From: Rhizophagus irregularis
Lineage: Eukaryota
Assembly (NCBI RefSeq): GCF_026210795.1
Contig: NC_089433.1
Location: forward strand, 4,712,001-4,776,000
Reading direction: 5' to 3'
DNA length: 64,000 nt
The translations under genes and the position numbers were made by a program. A model generated the notes under the pieces. It was not told the DNA's origin, did no database searches, and saw nothing but the letters and a program-made list of their open reading frames with translations. Shown here one piece after another: positions 25,485 to 39,400 of the stretch (positions are counted from its first letter, which is position 1; each line of letters opens with the position of its first letter).

Positions 25485-28400
25485 AAATTCTTCAACATAA
25501 TAGAGTAGGAGTGTAAGGTTCCTCCTACATGGAAATTGTTTTCAATCTTCAAGCCACACCCTCAAAAAAAGACCTACATATAATGGTTCAAGACCTATCA
25601 AAAGTGTATGATCGCGTAGAAATCCCGCTTTTAGAGCTGGCATTATGAAGAATTTGCATTCCTAAAACTTTAATCACTTTTATTATCAACCTTTTTACCA
25701 ATAGGAAAATCAAGTTATCTTTCAAGATTGGATTGGCGACCCATATAATGTCACAACGGGAAATCCATTTGTCCATTATTATGGGTTATCTACCACGATC
25801 CCATATTCGAGACTATAAATAACTCCCCCCACGCTGGCATTTCTTATGAAGATAAAATTCCAACTCGTATCCCTAATGATGATCTAGATCACAAAATCCA
25901 AGGTTACTTGGACGATACCATCTGGTTATCAGATAATTTGAATACATTACAATAAAACCCGGCCATCGCTGACAATTTTTACCAATTAGCCAATATCAAA
26001 ATCAATAAACACAAATGGACAAAATGACGCTTCTAACTAATAATAACGACATAGCAAAAGATCCTCATCTAACGATCAATTTTGGACTCTTATTAATTTT
26101 TGATACTGTTGTCTTTATTAGACCCATTTGCGCTAAGGTAGGCTCCTAATATTCTGGTAGCTTTTCCTATAGGTAGAATGTTAATTTTAACTGAATCATT
26201 ACCAAAAATAAAGATGGTGAATTACGTTACCTTTCTAATACGGAAAAAAGAAAATCACTAATGATCACGTGATTTAGTGATCAACAAAGTCATTATACCA
26301 AAGGATAGAATACTTAGCTTTCTTTAGCATAGTTTAGATAGCGTTTGGCTTTTTATTTAATTAGTTCTTGTCTATCTTTCTGTAATCTTGTTCACATGGG
26401 TAATAAAAATAAAAATAAAAATAGAATACTTAGCTTTCATATTTTAAAATCAATTCCATTTTACGATCAGTTTTAAACATATAACACATTTACCCAAAAA
26501 TACATATAATTCGATTATTTATAGCTCTATTTATCTACATATAAACAATATTTTTGATAATCAAATGAAAGCTCAAGCTTCTATATTTGTCGCTCAAGCA
26601 AACTCTCTTCACACTTCAAATACTTTAAAATTTTTAATGTTACTTAGTCAATATCGTTTTTGGTTACCTTTTGATTCTAATAACTTTTTTTCTCTTTTCG
26701 ACTTGTTCCTCGTTCATTTTCACGTTTAGGATTTTTTATTTACTTTTTTTCGTTTTTACAATCTTTCTATTTCAACCAATTTTCAATTTAGAGTTAAATT
26801 ATATTATTAATCCAACCCACTTGTTTCCATATTAATAGTCTTCGTCAAAAAGGTATCATGTTTCTTGACCAGATTATCACAATTGATTCAGCTTATTTAT
26901 TGGAATATAAGGACATCAAAACATCGCTAATTAACAAAACAGGTCACATTCCAAGATGATACAGTTTTTTAAAAGAACACATCACCCTACAAAATAACAC
27001 GAATCGGCTTAGTATCGATCTGGGACAGAAGTTGATACAAAATCCACGCGTTCAACGGCTGAAAATACCGATGTAATGTTCAGACCCTATTAGTCATACT
27101 GGAAACCCCAAATGGATCGCTACGTGAGCTCCTTTCATTAAGGATGTTGTCTACGGGAAAATTTTGACCCCTAACACACTTTAACATTACTTCGCCAATT
27201 ATATATATAGAACATTGGATACATCAATTACCAATCAACGTGATAATACCTCAGCATGCAACAGTTGTAGTCTTCATTTTCCTTATTATATAGGTCCCCA
27301 AAAACCAAAGTGTATTGTGAAAGTTAATTATACACCAGCATCAAAAACGTAATTTACAAATGCTGGCAGCGCACAACATCAACAAAATTCAAGACCTTAG
27401 TCATCCAAACTACCGTCTACTCGCCTATAATGATTATTTAATTCAGCACAATCAATCACCGCCTCCGACATCAATTAATAATTTAGTGTCTACCCCAGAC
27501 TCAACTTCGCGGATAAAAACCAACATTCATCAATCACTAACCTTATCACACCAAAAGAATTACATCCTCTTTGATCAATATTACAGAAGTGCTATCAAAT
27601 TTCCACAGCATCCAATACTATACAGATGGATCTTACCAACCAGATATTGGTACAAACGATATGCACATGGGCTATCCAATTTAGATGAACTCAACGTCAC
27701 TTATCATGGCTCTTTACAATACATTCCGTCTTCAGTTAAAGCTGAAATCATGGCAATTTTAACAGCATTAATTACCGCTCCATTTGGTGGCCTTATTACG
27801 ATCAATACCGATTCACAAGCAGCTATAGATGCATACCATAAATCTGCCAACTTATCCTCAATTTCACCTCAAAGATATAATAAAACTAATAATAACACAC
27901 TTTGGACTTCTATCCATCATATTATTCTAACTTTAAAACTTTAATACTGTTAAATTCAACAACATTAAGGCGCATTCTGGTGATACATCCAATGATATTG
28001 CAGGCGCTCATGTAAAAGAAGGAAGATTTACACAATTGCCAACTGCGATCATACAAGAGAATTTACCGGATCAAACTGTCACGCTAATTTGGTACCTTTA
28101 GACAAGGATGTATCGGTACCTTAATTAATTACAAGCAATTAGATAATCACCTAAATCACAAAAATTTATCAGACACTAAACAACATACGGCTAACCACTG
28201 ATTAATTGGTCTTTATCAAGTAAATGGTTTAATTACAACTCTCGTTCAGATGGTACTAGCACTTTACATACCAAGGACACAGTATGGAAAATCCAAGCTT
28301 CAAATAATACTTTACCTATACTCAAGAAATTTCCCAAAATTAATATTGAACCAAATTATCTGTCTGCTTTGTACCATACAATCCACCTTTCAACACATGG

Positions 28401-28996
28401 CGTAACAATTGGCGGAATTATTGCACAAGGAAGGAGACAAATTACTCATTTGTATTCGGGCTTTTACTAATAAATCATTATTTACAAATGCCCTTCTTTT
28501 ATTAAGATCTTATGTCACCTATGACTTAACTAAAATCATACAAGCCCATATGTCTTTGCACAAATGAACCATCACGACCGCGCTCAAATTTTAGCACTTT
28601 CATTACAAGAAATCAAAGGCAACATTATTTGAAAACAACGTTCCAATAAAATGGAAACAAAGGAAACAAAGAAAATGGTTTAGCCAAACGACATTTTATT
28701 AATTACCGAAAAAACAATGGTCCATTTGCAATACCTCAAAGAGACACTGATGCACCTTCTCCAGCTACACACCGATCTAATCCTCGTTCAGGAACCTCGA
28801 AGTTCGAATACTGTAATCCTCAGCACGATTTTAAGAATTATAAAAATCAACAAGATTTACTCTTTATATTATTCTCTTCTTCCAATTTTTACATAGTGGA
28901 TCCTTTTACCACAATTTGTCTTCTCTCATAGAAATAGTTCGTACACAAAATCCATTTGTAGTCATTGAAATAATTATTTTACAACGTAAAAAAAAA
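25485..28996 (+). mobile_element. Decayed non-LTR retrotransposon (reverse transcriptase + RNase H), many stops and frameshifts
   Basis: RT remnants DLSKVYDRV, INLFTNR, LSPLLWVIYHDPIF-like and GYLDDTIW. RNase H remnants KAEIMAILTAL, TDSQAAI and KAHSGDTSNDIA. An A-tract lies at about 28988. Boundaries are approximate. Confidence 0.85.
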
Positions 28997-30736
28997 TATT
29001 TTACGTGATGTTATTAATAAAATGTATAGTACTATTTATGTGAGGCGCTACAATAATGCTGATATTAGTAACATTAATTCTTATTTCGCAGTATTCTTAA
29101 TGGCACAGTGTTCGGAAATAACCTGGTCATTGCGTTTTTAAAAAATGTGGCGCTGTTATGCTAGAATTATCGAAATGACGTAGGTCATTTGTCATTTGAA
29201 TCATTTGTCATCTCGAGTCATTGTTAAATGGCGACAAACTTATTGGATGGGAAATATTGATCCAATGAGATATTTATTGTTTACTAATTTTTTTTAGCCA
29301 AATCTTATCGAAAGTGGGGGAAAAATTTTTTACCATAAAAAATGTTTAATAATCATACAGTACCGGTATCTAATTGTCTATATAATAAATAAAAATTATT
29401 TTTTATTAGTAAGAACAATTGTGAAGTTATGAACGGAATTCATCCGATTGTATTACTTGAGTACTGCGAGTAACTTTAAAAATTCTGTGATACAACTCCT
29501 GCGGTAAAAACAAGTTGTACTTTAAATAGATTTAATAAAATTAGAAAATAAAGCACATCATATCATTAAAAAAGGAAATAGATTTTTAAAAAAAAAAATT
29601 TATAAAAAGATCATATTGTTTCATTTTTTTAAAGTATGTTACTTATTTGTTAACTAATTTGTTTTTCATATTGTCGCACGCAAATTTAAAAAAAGAAAAT
29701 TTTTTTGAGAGATGATCTTTTTAAAGGTATGAGTAATAAATTAATTATGCAACAACGAATTGAATGAACTTCAAATTTAGGACATAAAACGCCCAATGAA
29801 ACTTTATTTTGAGAAAAAAAAACAAAACAAAAAAAGTAAATAATATGATACCATTTTTCTTGGCGATTAAACGATAAAATTTATCTTTAATGATAATACA
29901 TATAAAAATTCTTTGTAAGTAAATATCAAGGAACCCCTGATTTTACCCTTTTTTTTTTTGAAACACAATGAGATTTAATAAAACATACGATATTATTGAC
30001 AATGATATGTCATTGGTTAATTGATGCATTGACCGTAGTAAAATGTTACATGTGTTCAAATTAAGAAATTGACCGTAGTAAAAATGTTACATGTGTTCAG
30101 ATTAAGAAATCAATACATTAATAAGATCGGTGATGTACGACATATAATTTTCCGGAATCAAAGCTTCCGTGTCTGCATAATAATCGGTCATTGACTTCCG
30201 TTAAAACTGTTGTTGTTAACTTTAATCTAATCTATCGATTATTATAAATTCGTTATTACAAATAAATTGTTTAACCTAGTTGATGCATCCATAGTTTATA
30301 TGCATATTTTTTTATATAAAGACGACATAAAAATATCTATTCAAATATTAATTTTTAACGATAAAAAAAACCTGTTGACGTTAATTTTAACGATAAAAAA
30401 ACCTGTTGACGAACAATATTAAAATTATTTTTTTTTTTGGTTGATCCGAATAAAAAAAAACTTTAATTTTAAATATTTATACATTGGTTAAAATTTAATC
30501 TTAAAATTTTTTTCACTCTCTTTTCTTTCCTTCTTCACTTTCTCTCACGTATATATTAAATTATCCTTCAAAACTTGTAATCATATACTTGTAATCATAT
30601 ACTCTTGTAATCATATACTACTTGTAATCATATATCATTATCCCATCAATACATACATTCTACATTCCACATTTCCACGTCTTCAAAAAAAAATCTTTTT
30701 TCTTTAACAACAAAAACCTTACAAGAATTATTCATA

Positions 30737-31121
30737 ATGTTTTTCAGAGTCTTAGGAGTTACTTCACTTGTTGCAGTTGTCGCGACAAACACTTCAAGAG
30801 TCGTTCATCCACAGGATCGTTATCATACTAAAAAGTAAGTTATATCAATGATTTATCGTTATATACAGTACGAAACATCGTTATATACGGTACGATTAAT
30901 AAACGAATTTTCTTTATAGGGAAGAACAACAAACTTCAAATTATAATCATAATCATTATAATGTTCATCCTCATTATCAATTTCAATATCAACTTAAACC
31001 AAAATATCCTGCATTCACAAGATATAGTCAAGGGGTAGACATTGATCCTACAAACATTACCAAAAAATCAAAATCAAAAAGATCAAAGTCCAACAAGCGA
31101 AACACGAATAGACACCTATGA
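30737..31121 (+). CDS. Paralog of the small gene at 14980; exons 30737-30834 and 30920-31121, 99 aa
   Basis: Translates as MFFRVLGVTSLVAVVATNTSRVVHPQDRYHTKKEEQQTSNYNHNHYNVHPHY...KKSKSKRSKSNKRNTNRHL. Same phase-2 intron, and the length differences versus the paralog preserve the frame. Confidence 0.8.
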
Positions 31122-32595
31122 TCTTTTTTTTTGTATATTTTGAAAGACATTATTGATTTATTTTTTTTATTTCATTGTATTTCTTCTTGTAATTTATATT
31201 GTTAAATGAATTTCTTTCCTTCTTCTTTTACATTCATTTTTTTTCTAAAAAAAAATAGCAAAGTATCATATTGTAGCATTATTTATTATATTCATAGTGT
31301 GATTTAAATAAAAAACAATTTAATGTAACTTTAAAAAATATTTCTTTGTTGATTACCATTTAAGTGGGGTGGTCGTGGTCGGTGACTGATTGGTCGTCCC
31401 TAAAAAGGTGACGTTAAACTCCTTAAAATAGCATTTAATAAAATCCAGTCCAGAAGAACTAGCCGAATTCAAAAGTTCGACGCTCGTCAATGCTAGGTAA
31501 ATTGATAAAAATTACTAATTTTCCAGATCGTTAATAAAACCTTAGTATTTTCTCAAAAACTAATACTTTTCCTTAGAAAGTTGGACCTGGTATACTTGTA
31601 GGTTGATACTAGCCATATATTTACTTTTGGTTTATAATAATACTGATTGCTTTAATCTTTTTTTTTATTTTCAAACAGGATTAATGGACGTTTCGTAACG
31701 ATCTAACTTTGCATGCGATTTCATTTTTATTTTAAGTATAAATATTCTATTATTTACGCATTTATATTAGTTTAATTTCTTCTAACAACAAATTTTATAT
31801 TATAATTGTCATATAGTGTTTTAATCTAACAAATAACGGATAGGAAATATCTAACTATGTGGTGATACGTAAGTACAGTATATAGATTCAATAGTAAAAT
31901 TAAAGATTAGTAGGGTTAGGAACTTAGGGTTAGGGTTAGAATTAGGATTTAATGGATTAGTTTATTAATATAGGTCTAAATAGTAGAACCCAATATTTTT
32001 TTTTTAACGCAGATGATTACACCGATCACGGGATTTTGGTTTTTTTTTATTTAAAATGGGATGTTCTTTTTTTTTCTACCGCTAACAATGTTGAAACTCT
32101 TTCAAGATTCGGGGGAAAATTTTCTTTTTTAATACAATTTACGATAAATTTTTAATGTAAATTATATTATTTATTATGTTAAATCAACTTATTTATTTTT
32201 GAAAGTGACTTTTTTTGAAAAAAAAGTTACAAGATTAACGAGAAACTACAATAAAGTAAGTGAATTCATTTTTTTGCTTTTTCTTCAAAGAAAAAAAAAA
32301 CAAAAGAATAGAGAAAAAAAAATCTAGAAATTAATGAAATTAATGAAATTGTCAATGAGATAAAACATTTCACTCAATTTTTCTTGCTGAAAAAAATTTT
32401 TTTCAATGAAGAACTTTAATCAGACTTTGAGACAATTTCTATCAACAATAAAATTTTTTTTTTTTATAAAGTACGAATAATGGATATTAATTTAATCATT
32501 ATTCTTTTTTTTAGATTTTTTTTCGTTAATGCAAAAGATGAATGACATGTGTGTATGAGTTAAATCATTCTATGATCTTTAGCATCATGCGCTAA

Positions 32596-33525
32596 TGGGG
32601 AAGACCCACAGAAATGTAATGGGGACTACCGGGCGGGCGAGCAAGGCATGGAAAAACAAAAATGTAACGGGGGACTACCGGGAGGGCGAGCAGGGCATGA
32701 AAAAGCAGAAATGTAATGGGTGCCGGGCGGCGAAAATGTGCAGAATAATTTTGCTGTAATGGATGATGTAGTCAACTGGTTTTCTGCCCGGGATTCGAAT
32801 GAGCACCGACAAAACGCATTAGGACGCTGCTATAAAGCGCTCGTTAAAGAAACCGGCGTTGGATGGTCGCGGCAGGGCATGGAAAAGCAGAAATGTAATA
32901 GGGACTGCCAGGCGGGCGAGCAAGGCATGGAAAAGCAAAATGTAATGGGGACTGCCAGGCGGGCGAGCAAGGCATGGAAAAGCAAAATGTAATGGGGACT
33001 GCCAGGCGGGCGAGCAAGGCATGGAAAAGCAAAAATGTAATGGGGACTGCCGGGCGGGCGAGCAGGGCAAAGCAGAAATGCAATGGGTGCCGGGTGGCGC
33101 AAATGGGCAGCATAATTTTGCTGGAATGGATGACTGGTTTTCTGCTCGAAATTCGAATGAGCACCGACAAAATGCATTAGGTTGTCAAAGATACAACTCT
33201 GTCGCTGCTAGAAAGCGCTTCGTTAAAGAAACCGGCGTTAGATGGTCGTGGCAGGGCATGGAAAAGCAGAAATGTAATGGGTACCGGGCGGGGCAGATAA
33301 GATTTTATATTTTACATTATTACAGGAATTTATTATGTTTCAAAGCAGTAAACATTTTTATTTATGAAATACTTTTATTTTATTTATTATATAAGTCCCT
33401 ATAAAAAATTTTTTAGAAAATTGATCACATGTTTGAGGTTTTAAAAAACCAGAAAAATGATTATTAATTCATTAATTGGAGTTTTTTCCAGAAAATTGTT
33501 TAGAAGCAACTTGTAGTTCTCCCCA
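32596..33525. mobile_element. GC-rich inserted element with about 47-bp internal tandem repeats and imperfect TGGGGA...TCCCCA termini
   Basis: Absent at the homologous position of copy A (CGCTAA^ATCAATTCATGG, about 16567). Contains repeats of GCAAGGCATGGAAAAGCAAAATGTAATGGGGACTGCCAGGCGGGCGA and a larger duplicated block. Confidence 0.7.
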
Positions 33526-33814
33526 CACCAAGTCAATTCATGGTTATATACACCACAGTTTTGCGGTACAGACGTACAGCAGAAGGACAAGCTGTTACAG
33601 ATGAACACCACGATATATGAAACTGGCTGATTAGAGGAAAGGGCTACAAATGTACTGTATAAAGTTACTGTAAATACTTGTAGAAGGATTTGTGTTAGCG
33701 CCTAGCAAAAGAAATATATATATATATATATTTGATTTTTTTATTCTAATAAATCTTATCGATTCTAAATTTGAACTTAACGAATTATTTTAATTGAACA
33801 TCAAGGTGGGATGT

Positions 33815-34010
33815 TACATAGTTTGTTCGAAAGATAGGATGTTTTGTATTGAAGTATCTAGAGAGGAAGTTACAGAAGGAGGAGTAGTAGTTGTAGTATT
33901 AGCAGGAGGAGCAGAAGCACCGGTAGGTGCAGGTTCGTCAGTTTCCATAGCGTCGTCACACGCTTTGTAGTAGCAGGTGGATAGGACAAAAGGACAGGCT
34001 AAGCGTGTCA
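33815..34010 (-). other. Short GC-richer coding-like remnant, possibly from a LINE ORF1 N-terminal region
   Basis: AMETDEPAPTGASAPPANTTTTTPPSVTSSLDTSI is a low-complexity peptide with an abrupt composition change. The family assignment rests on recollection only. Confidence 0.35.
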
Positions 34011-34502
34011 TGATTTATAAAAAATATTATAAAACGCAATATTTAACAACATTAGAAACAATAAAAAGTTTTTTAACTTTATAAGGTGGTAAAAGGGTGT
34101 AGATTTTATTATATTCTATATCAAAATCATCAAAATCTTGAAATTTCATTTTACATTTTATTCTATATATCTATACTAACACATTCTAACACATCATCAC
34201 CTTGTAATCATTATCTTGTAATCATTATCTTGTAAAACAACAAGAATGAGAATTTAGGGACAATGAAATAATGAAATATTCACTTAAATTTCAATATTAA
34301 GAGGGTACATTGGTAATTTATCCGATAGCGTTAGCTAAAGATGCACGATGTCCATAGATGTATATAGAGATGACATTATCCATTTGAATTTGATGATAGA
34401 ATTTGTCCAACGAAAAAAAATAAATGAAGATAATATTAAGATTAAGATTATGTAGAGTATTGTTTTGTAAGTCCGGGATTTTTTTAACGTAAATATTTTC
34501 TC

Positions 34503-34750
34503 AATAATCCATGATCGTGGTATGTCTTATTACGCAAAGATTTCAAATTAGATTAGGTCTTAATAATCCATGATCTTGGTATGTCTTATTACAGATTTCA
34601 AATTAGATTAGGTCTTAATAATCCATGATCGTAGTATGTCTTATTACGCAAAGATTCAAATTACATTAGGTGTTAATAATCCATGATCAAATTAGATTAG
34701 GTGTTAATAATCCATGATCGTGGTATGCAAAGATTCAAATTAGATTAGGC
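34503..34750. repeat. Tandem repeat of about 58 bp, 4-5 imperfect copies
   Basis: AATAATCCATGATCGTGGTATGTCTTATTACGCAAAGATTTCAAATTAGATTAGG recurs. Confidence 0.85.
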
Positions 34751-35479
34751 ATCTCATAGACCAAATTAACGGTGAAGAAATTTTATTTAAATAGCAAGGA
34801 ATTTACGTTTATATTGGGGATTTGGGGGTTACTTTTTTTTTAAAAAAAAAAAATAATTAACGTTTGTAATTCAACATCGTTGAAAATTATAGTTCAGATT
34901 TCTACGATCCTAATGTCTTATTACGTGATGTGATAAATTATTTGGTGGGATGAATATCAAATCTTTTTTTAATTATTTCACATTATACAATTTGAGCGAT
35001 GTAGATAAGATTGTCTTTGACCGATATTGGTCATGATCATTACCACTTATTGAGTAGCATTCAAGGTGTAGTAATATTAAATTATCATCAAGATAGGACT
35101 GGCCTGATCTTTTAAAAAGATCTTACGATTAGACTATTAGAGTTATTTAATTTTAAAACAATTCGTACCAAACTTTAAAAAATAAATCCAAAACTCGCAT
35201 TCACAATTTAAAAATTATAATAATTCAAAAAAAAGTTTTTTAATTTTATATAAAGTTTATTAATAAATTTTTGATTCCAAAATTCGCATTCAGAATCTGA
35301 AAATTATACTAATTTAAAAAAAGTTTTTTTTTTTAATTTTATATACAGTAACTTTTCAACTTTATAATCTTATTCTGAAAAATCAAATGGTAAATAATTA
35401 AGTTGTCAAATTAATAATAATTACCTGATTGATGTTACTGCCATTGTCTTTAGGGGAAAAGGCGGGAACTTTTATCTTT

Positions 35480-36080
35480 GAATTCTTAACGTTTAAGAGT
35501 TTTAAAAAGGACATCTTTCACCTACTTTCTCTTCTTGATTAAAATAAAAAATATAAATATGAAAAAATTCAATTAATTTTAACTCGAATTAATCGATTGA
35601 TGTGGAAATCCAGTTTTAGAGAGAACATCTTTTCACATTTCTCGCCTACTTTCTCTCTTAACTTAAAATAAAAAAATATAAATATGAAAAATTACAATTA
35701 ATTTAACTCGTTTAATAATAGAGAATTAATCGATTGATGCAGTAATCGAACATCTTTTTCACTTACTTCTCTTCAATGTTATCCTTGACTTAAAATAAAA
35801 AATAATTAATCGATTGAGCGCTGTTGATTGGATAGGCTGTTTCTGCTGTCGGGAATTCAGTTTAAAAAGAACATTTTTTCATATTTCTCACTTACTTTCT
35901 TTCTCTCCAGTGTTAACCTTGACTTAAAATAAAAAAAAGAAGAATTAATCGATTGATGCGGGAATCCAGTTTTAAAAAGTACACATTTCTCACCTAATTT
36001 CTCTTCGGCTCTTCGACTTAAAAAAAAAAAATATAAATATGAATTAATTTTAACTCGTTTCAATAATAATTAATCGATCT
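35480..36080 (-). repeat. Degenerate tandem units of about 95-135 bp resembling duplicated intron + micro-exon modules
   Basis: About five units with minus-strand TTTTATTTTAAG acceptor, short purine-rich exon and GTAAGT/GTAGG donor; ATCAATCGATTAATT recurs. Confidence 0.65.
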
Positions 36081-36465
36081 ACAATAACCCCCTAATATAA
36101 TTAATTAATTTACCTTTAACAAATAGAAATGAATTGAAAAAATTACCATCAAATTTGGGACGTTTTTTACGTTGATAAGGAATTAACTCAATCTTTTGTA
36201 TTTCTCGATCATAGGGAACACGTTCTGGAATATAAAATAAATATAACATAACGTAAATAGGTTCGATAGCTATCATAACTTCAAGGTTTTCATCAGGATC
36301 ATTATGATCATCAGGAACATCAGGGGCATCAGGATCAGATGGTAGTTTTAATTTATCAAACAATAAACATAAGTAAAAAATATTGCGGGTAAATACAATA
36401 ATAAAAAGGGCAAATAAAAAAATATAAGCCAAATATTCTAAGTATTTAATTTCTAGAAGAACCAT
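35994..36465 (-). CDS. Small predicted membrane protein; exon 36465-36114, probably spliced to 36016-35994 (ending VEEPKRN*)
   Basis: A-rich context before the ATG, a hydrophobic segment (YLAYIFLFALFIIVF), a PD-rich linker, and an AAAG|GTAAAT donor with a downstream T-tract AAG acceptor. Confidence 0.55.
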
Positions 36466-39400
36466 TTTTTTTTTATTATTATTTATAAAAGTTTGAAAAA
36501 GAGCTATTGAAAGTTTTGAAAACGAAGAAATATCAAATATGTATATATATATATATATAGAAAAATATTTTCAAAAAAAAAAATGTTTTTTTTGCGCGAT
36601 ATTGCGATATTGCGATATTTATAGAAAAAAAATTTATAAAGATAACGAAATAACCTAAATAAGTGAGAATAAGTCGCGATCATTACAAACAAAGTAAGCC
36701 GAGATGTGCGACGATTGCGACGATTGCGACAATTATAAACAACGCGCGACACGTCTTTTTATTCGTGATCTCCACGAATGTCGTAATTAAAAACCCCTTT
36801 TTAAGTTTAAAAAAAAAAAAACCCCTTTATGATTTATAAACATGTTTGACAGATCAGATCAAGGAGGTAATTAAATCACAAGTTTATTCACTAAATTTAT
36901 ATAATATGCACCAAACATATATCCCTTGATACAAACAGTATTTTGTACACTTATCAAACGCGTTTATGTTGTTTTTTTGCTTTATTTATTTACTATGAAA
37001 AAAAAAAGTGTACAATATATATACAAATATATAAAGAATTGGAGTTACGAAAATTACGTAAATTAATTTGTCATCCTCCCTTCTCCCCAAACCAGAAGAA
37101 AAATATAAACTAATGTAACCAAAAATAAATTAAATAAATTATCTGTTATGGGGAATTCCTTGTGCAATGTCGATCTACAAGATATAGAACTCCCTTTCCT
37201 TTTTCACCACCATCACCTTGATCATCCTAAAATGACGCCATGTCATATGAACATCTACCACATACAATTCCCTTGTTTGTGTTCCTATTTATAAACTTTA
37301 TAAAAATCATCTTTTCCAACTGAAAATATCCAACAACAACATCATGAAAATCATAACGAGCCTCAAGGCTGTGCTCAACTCGGTATTAATTGATTTTACA
37401 CGTGATTTTCTATGATCATCTCCTTGGTAGTGTGTTACCATGGGGTTCGCACATAATTTATCATACATCATTAGAAATTTATAGTAACATATAAAGAAAA
37501 TCAAAGTAATAAAGAGAAAATCGGGTAATAAAATATACAAGTTCATGCAGGAGAGACGAATAATATTTGAAAATAATTCTCAATTATGGTAAAATTGGAT
37601 TACAAAATATTTTCATTAGATTTACTATTTTAATATTGACTTTCAGCCAGAATTACAAAAATCATGTGATAACTGACCGAAAATGATCGTAAATCGGGAT
37701 ACGGTAAAAATTATACAAATAAAAAAATTTACAATAAAATACAATAAAATACAGTAAGTACAGTAAAAAAAGTACCTTTCATCCATTATAGACAATATAA
37801 ATCAAAATATCCGAAAATGTTATTTTATTTATTATTAATGACGGATTTAATTATTTTATTATTATAACCAAATTAATCACCATATTTCCAAAAAAGTAGT
37901 TCATTGAGATAAGGATTATGATTATGATAATATCGATGACACATTAAAATTAAGGTATATGCGATATATATATACTGTATATCGTAAACCAATAAACCTT
38001 TTAACAGTTGATCAATAACGTCATTGGAGAAAAAGGGCTTTTTTTTTACTATATACAAAAGAAACAAAAAAGTACAAAAAGGAAAAAAAAAATGAGTTCA
38101 TGTTGATTCTAAAACATACATATAATAATTATATTTACCTTATTAGTAAGGTAAAATAAAAATAAAACAATCGAAAGAAAAATGATATTTATTTTTGGTT
38201 CAAAATATTTTAAATATTTTAATTACCTTTTATATTTCATTTATTTCATTATATAATGTTCGGGATTTTTTGATAATTTAACGGAACATCCCGAATGTAT
38301 GAACCAATGATGAATAAAAGTTTTTTTTTAAAAAAAAAACAATTCAAAACATCAAAAAAAAAAAATTTATCCAATCATTTCAAAAAATGAGGTACGGACC
38401 GAACTATTAAAATACTGATAAAGTTAATTTTTTTTTTATTTTTTACTTTATTTATTTTTTGACTTGAAATGGCTTTATAAAGATCGGTAATATTATGCTA
38501 CTTAGCCAACAAATTCATTTTATGGACTTAAAAGTTCATTTATAACCAAATAAATCATTATTTATGTACATCAATTTTGTATTTGGACGAGTTGAAAGAA
38601 GGAAAAAACCATGACATGAGCACATGACAAAAAATTGAACAAAAACACACACACACACACACAAAGCACACAAAAATCTTTTCTTGGCGTAATAGTGAAA
38701 AAAGATATTGAAGATAATAAATGGATTAATAGATTGTATAATTATGGATTCATAAGAAGTAGTAGTATAAGTAGTATAGTAATTTTTATTATCCGCGTTC
38801 AAAAAAACTGATTATAAATCGATAATCAACTAATCACAGAAGTGTAATATTTTTTCATGTATCAAAACATTCCAATTAAAAATTCCTGTTTAACAATTGT
38901 TCGGTTGGTTACAATTGTCGTAATATTACGATTTAGAAGCACGAAAACGGATATCAACTGCATACAAGGTTATACGACGATCGAACCGCCAAAAAAAAAA
39001 TCCAAATATTGATACACAGAATACACAGAAATTTCCTAAGGAACAAATATTACGCCGTGATCCCAGCCACACTCAAAAGTAAAAAATTCGGAACCAAGCC
39101 ATTCCCAGAATTTTCTAAATAGAATATCATTTAAGGATTTAAATAAATTTTCGGGCGAATATCATCTTGTTTTTTATGCATCGTGCGTATTAAGGTTTAA
39201 AAATTGCGTAATTTCAAGAAAATTTGAAACAACGTACAACTGACACATTTGTTATATAATTTCACGTTAAAATATATTAACCGAAGCATAATGAAAATCT
39301 TTTTTTTTTATTATAACAGAGAGAGAAGAAAGAAAAAAAAGGGTCATTTATTACTATATTGAAAGGGATTATTTATATGTTCCTACTTTTTGGTTAATTT

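Larger units (their letters stand above)
29431..33795 (+). repeat. Segmental duplication, copy B, containing extra insertions relative to copy A
   Basis: Colinear similarity to 13725-16975, interrupted by the GC-rich insert at 32596-33525. Confidence 0.85.

Noticed and set aside
31908..31945. TTAGGG telomere-like repeats
   Set aside because: Only about four imperfect interstitial units; not a chromosome end.
32720..33404. Six overlapping ORFs on both strands
   Set aside because: They are artefacts of GC-rich tandem repeats lacking stop codons, with no domain-like content.
37078..37546. Possible small minus-strand gene
   Set aside because: Could not build a stop-free spliced model or recognise any motif.
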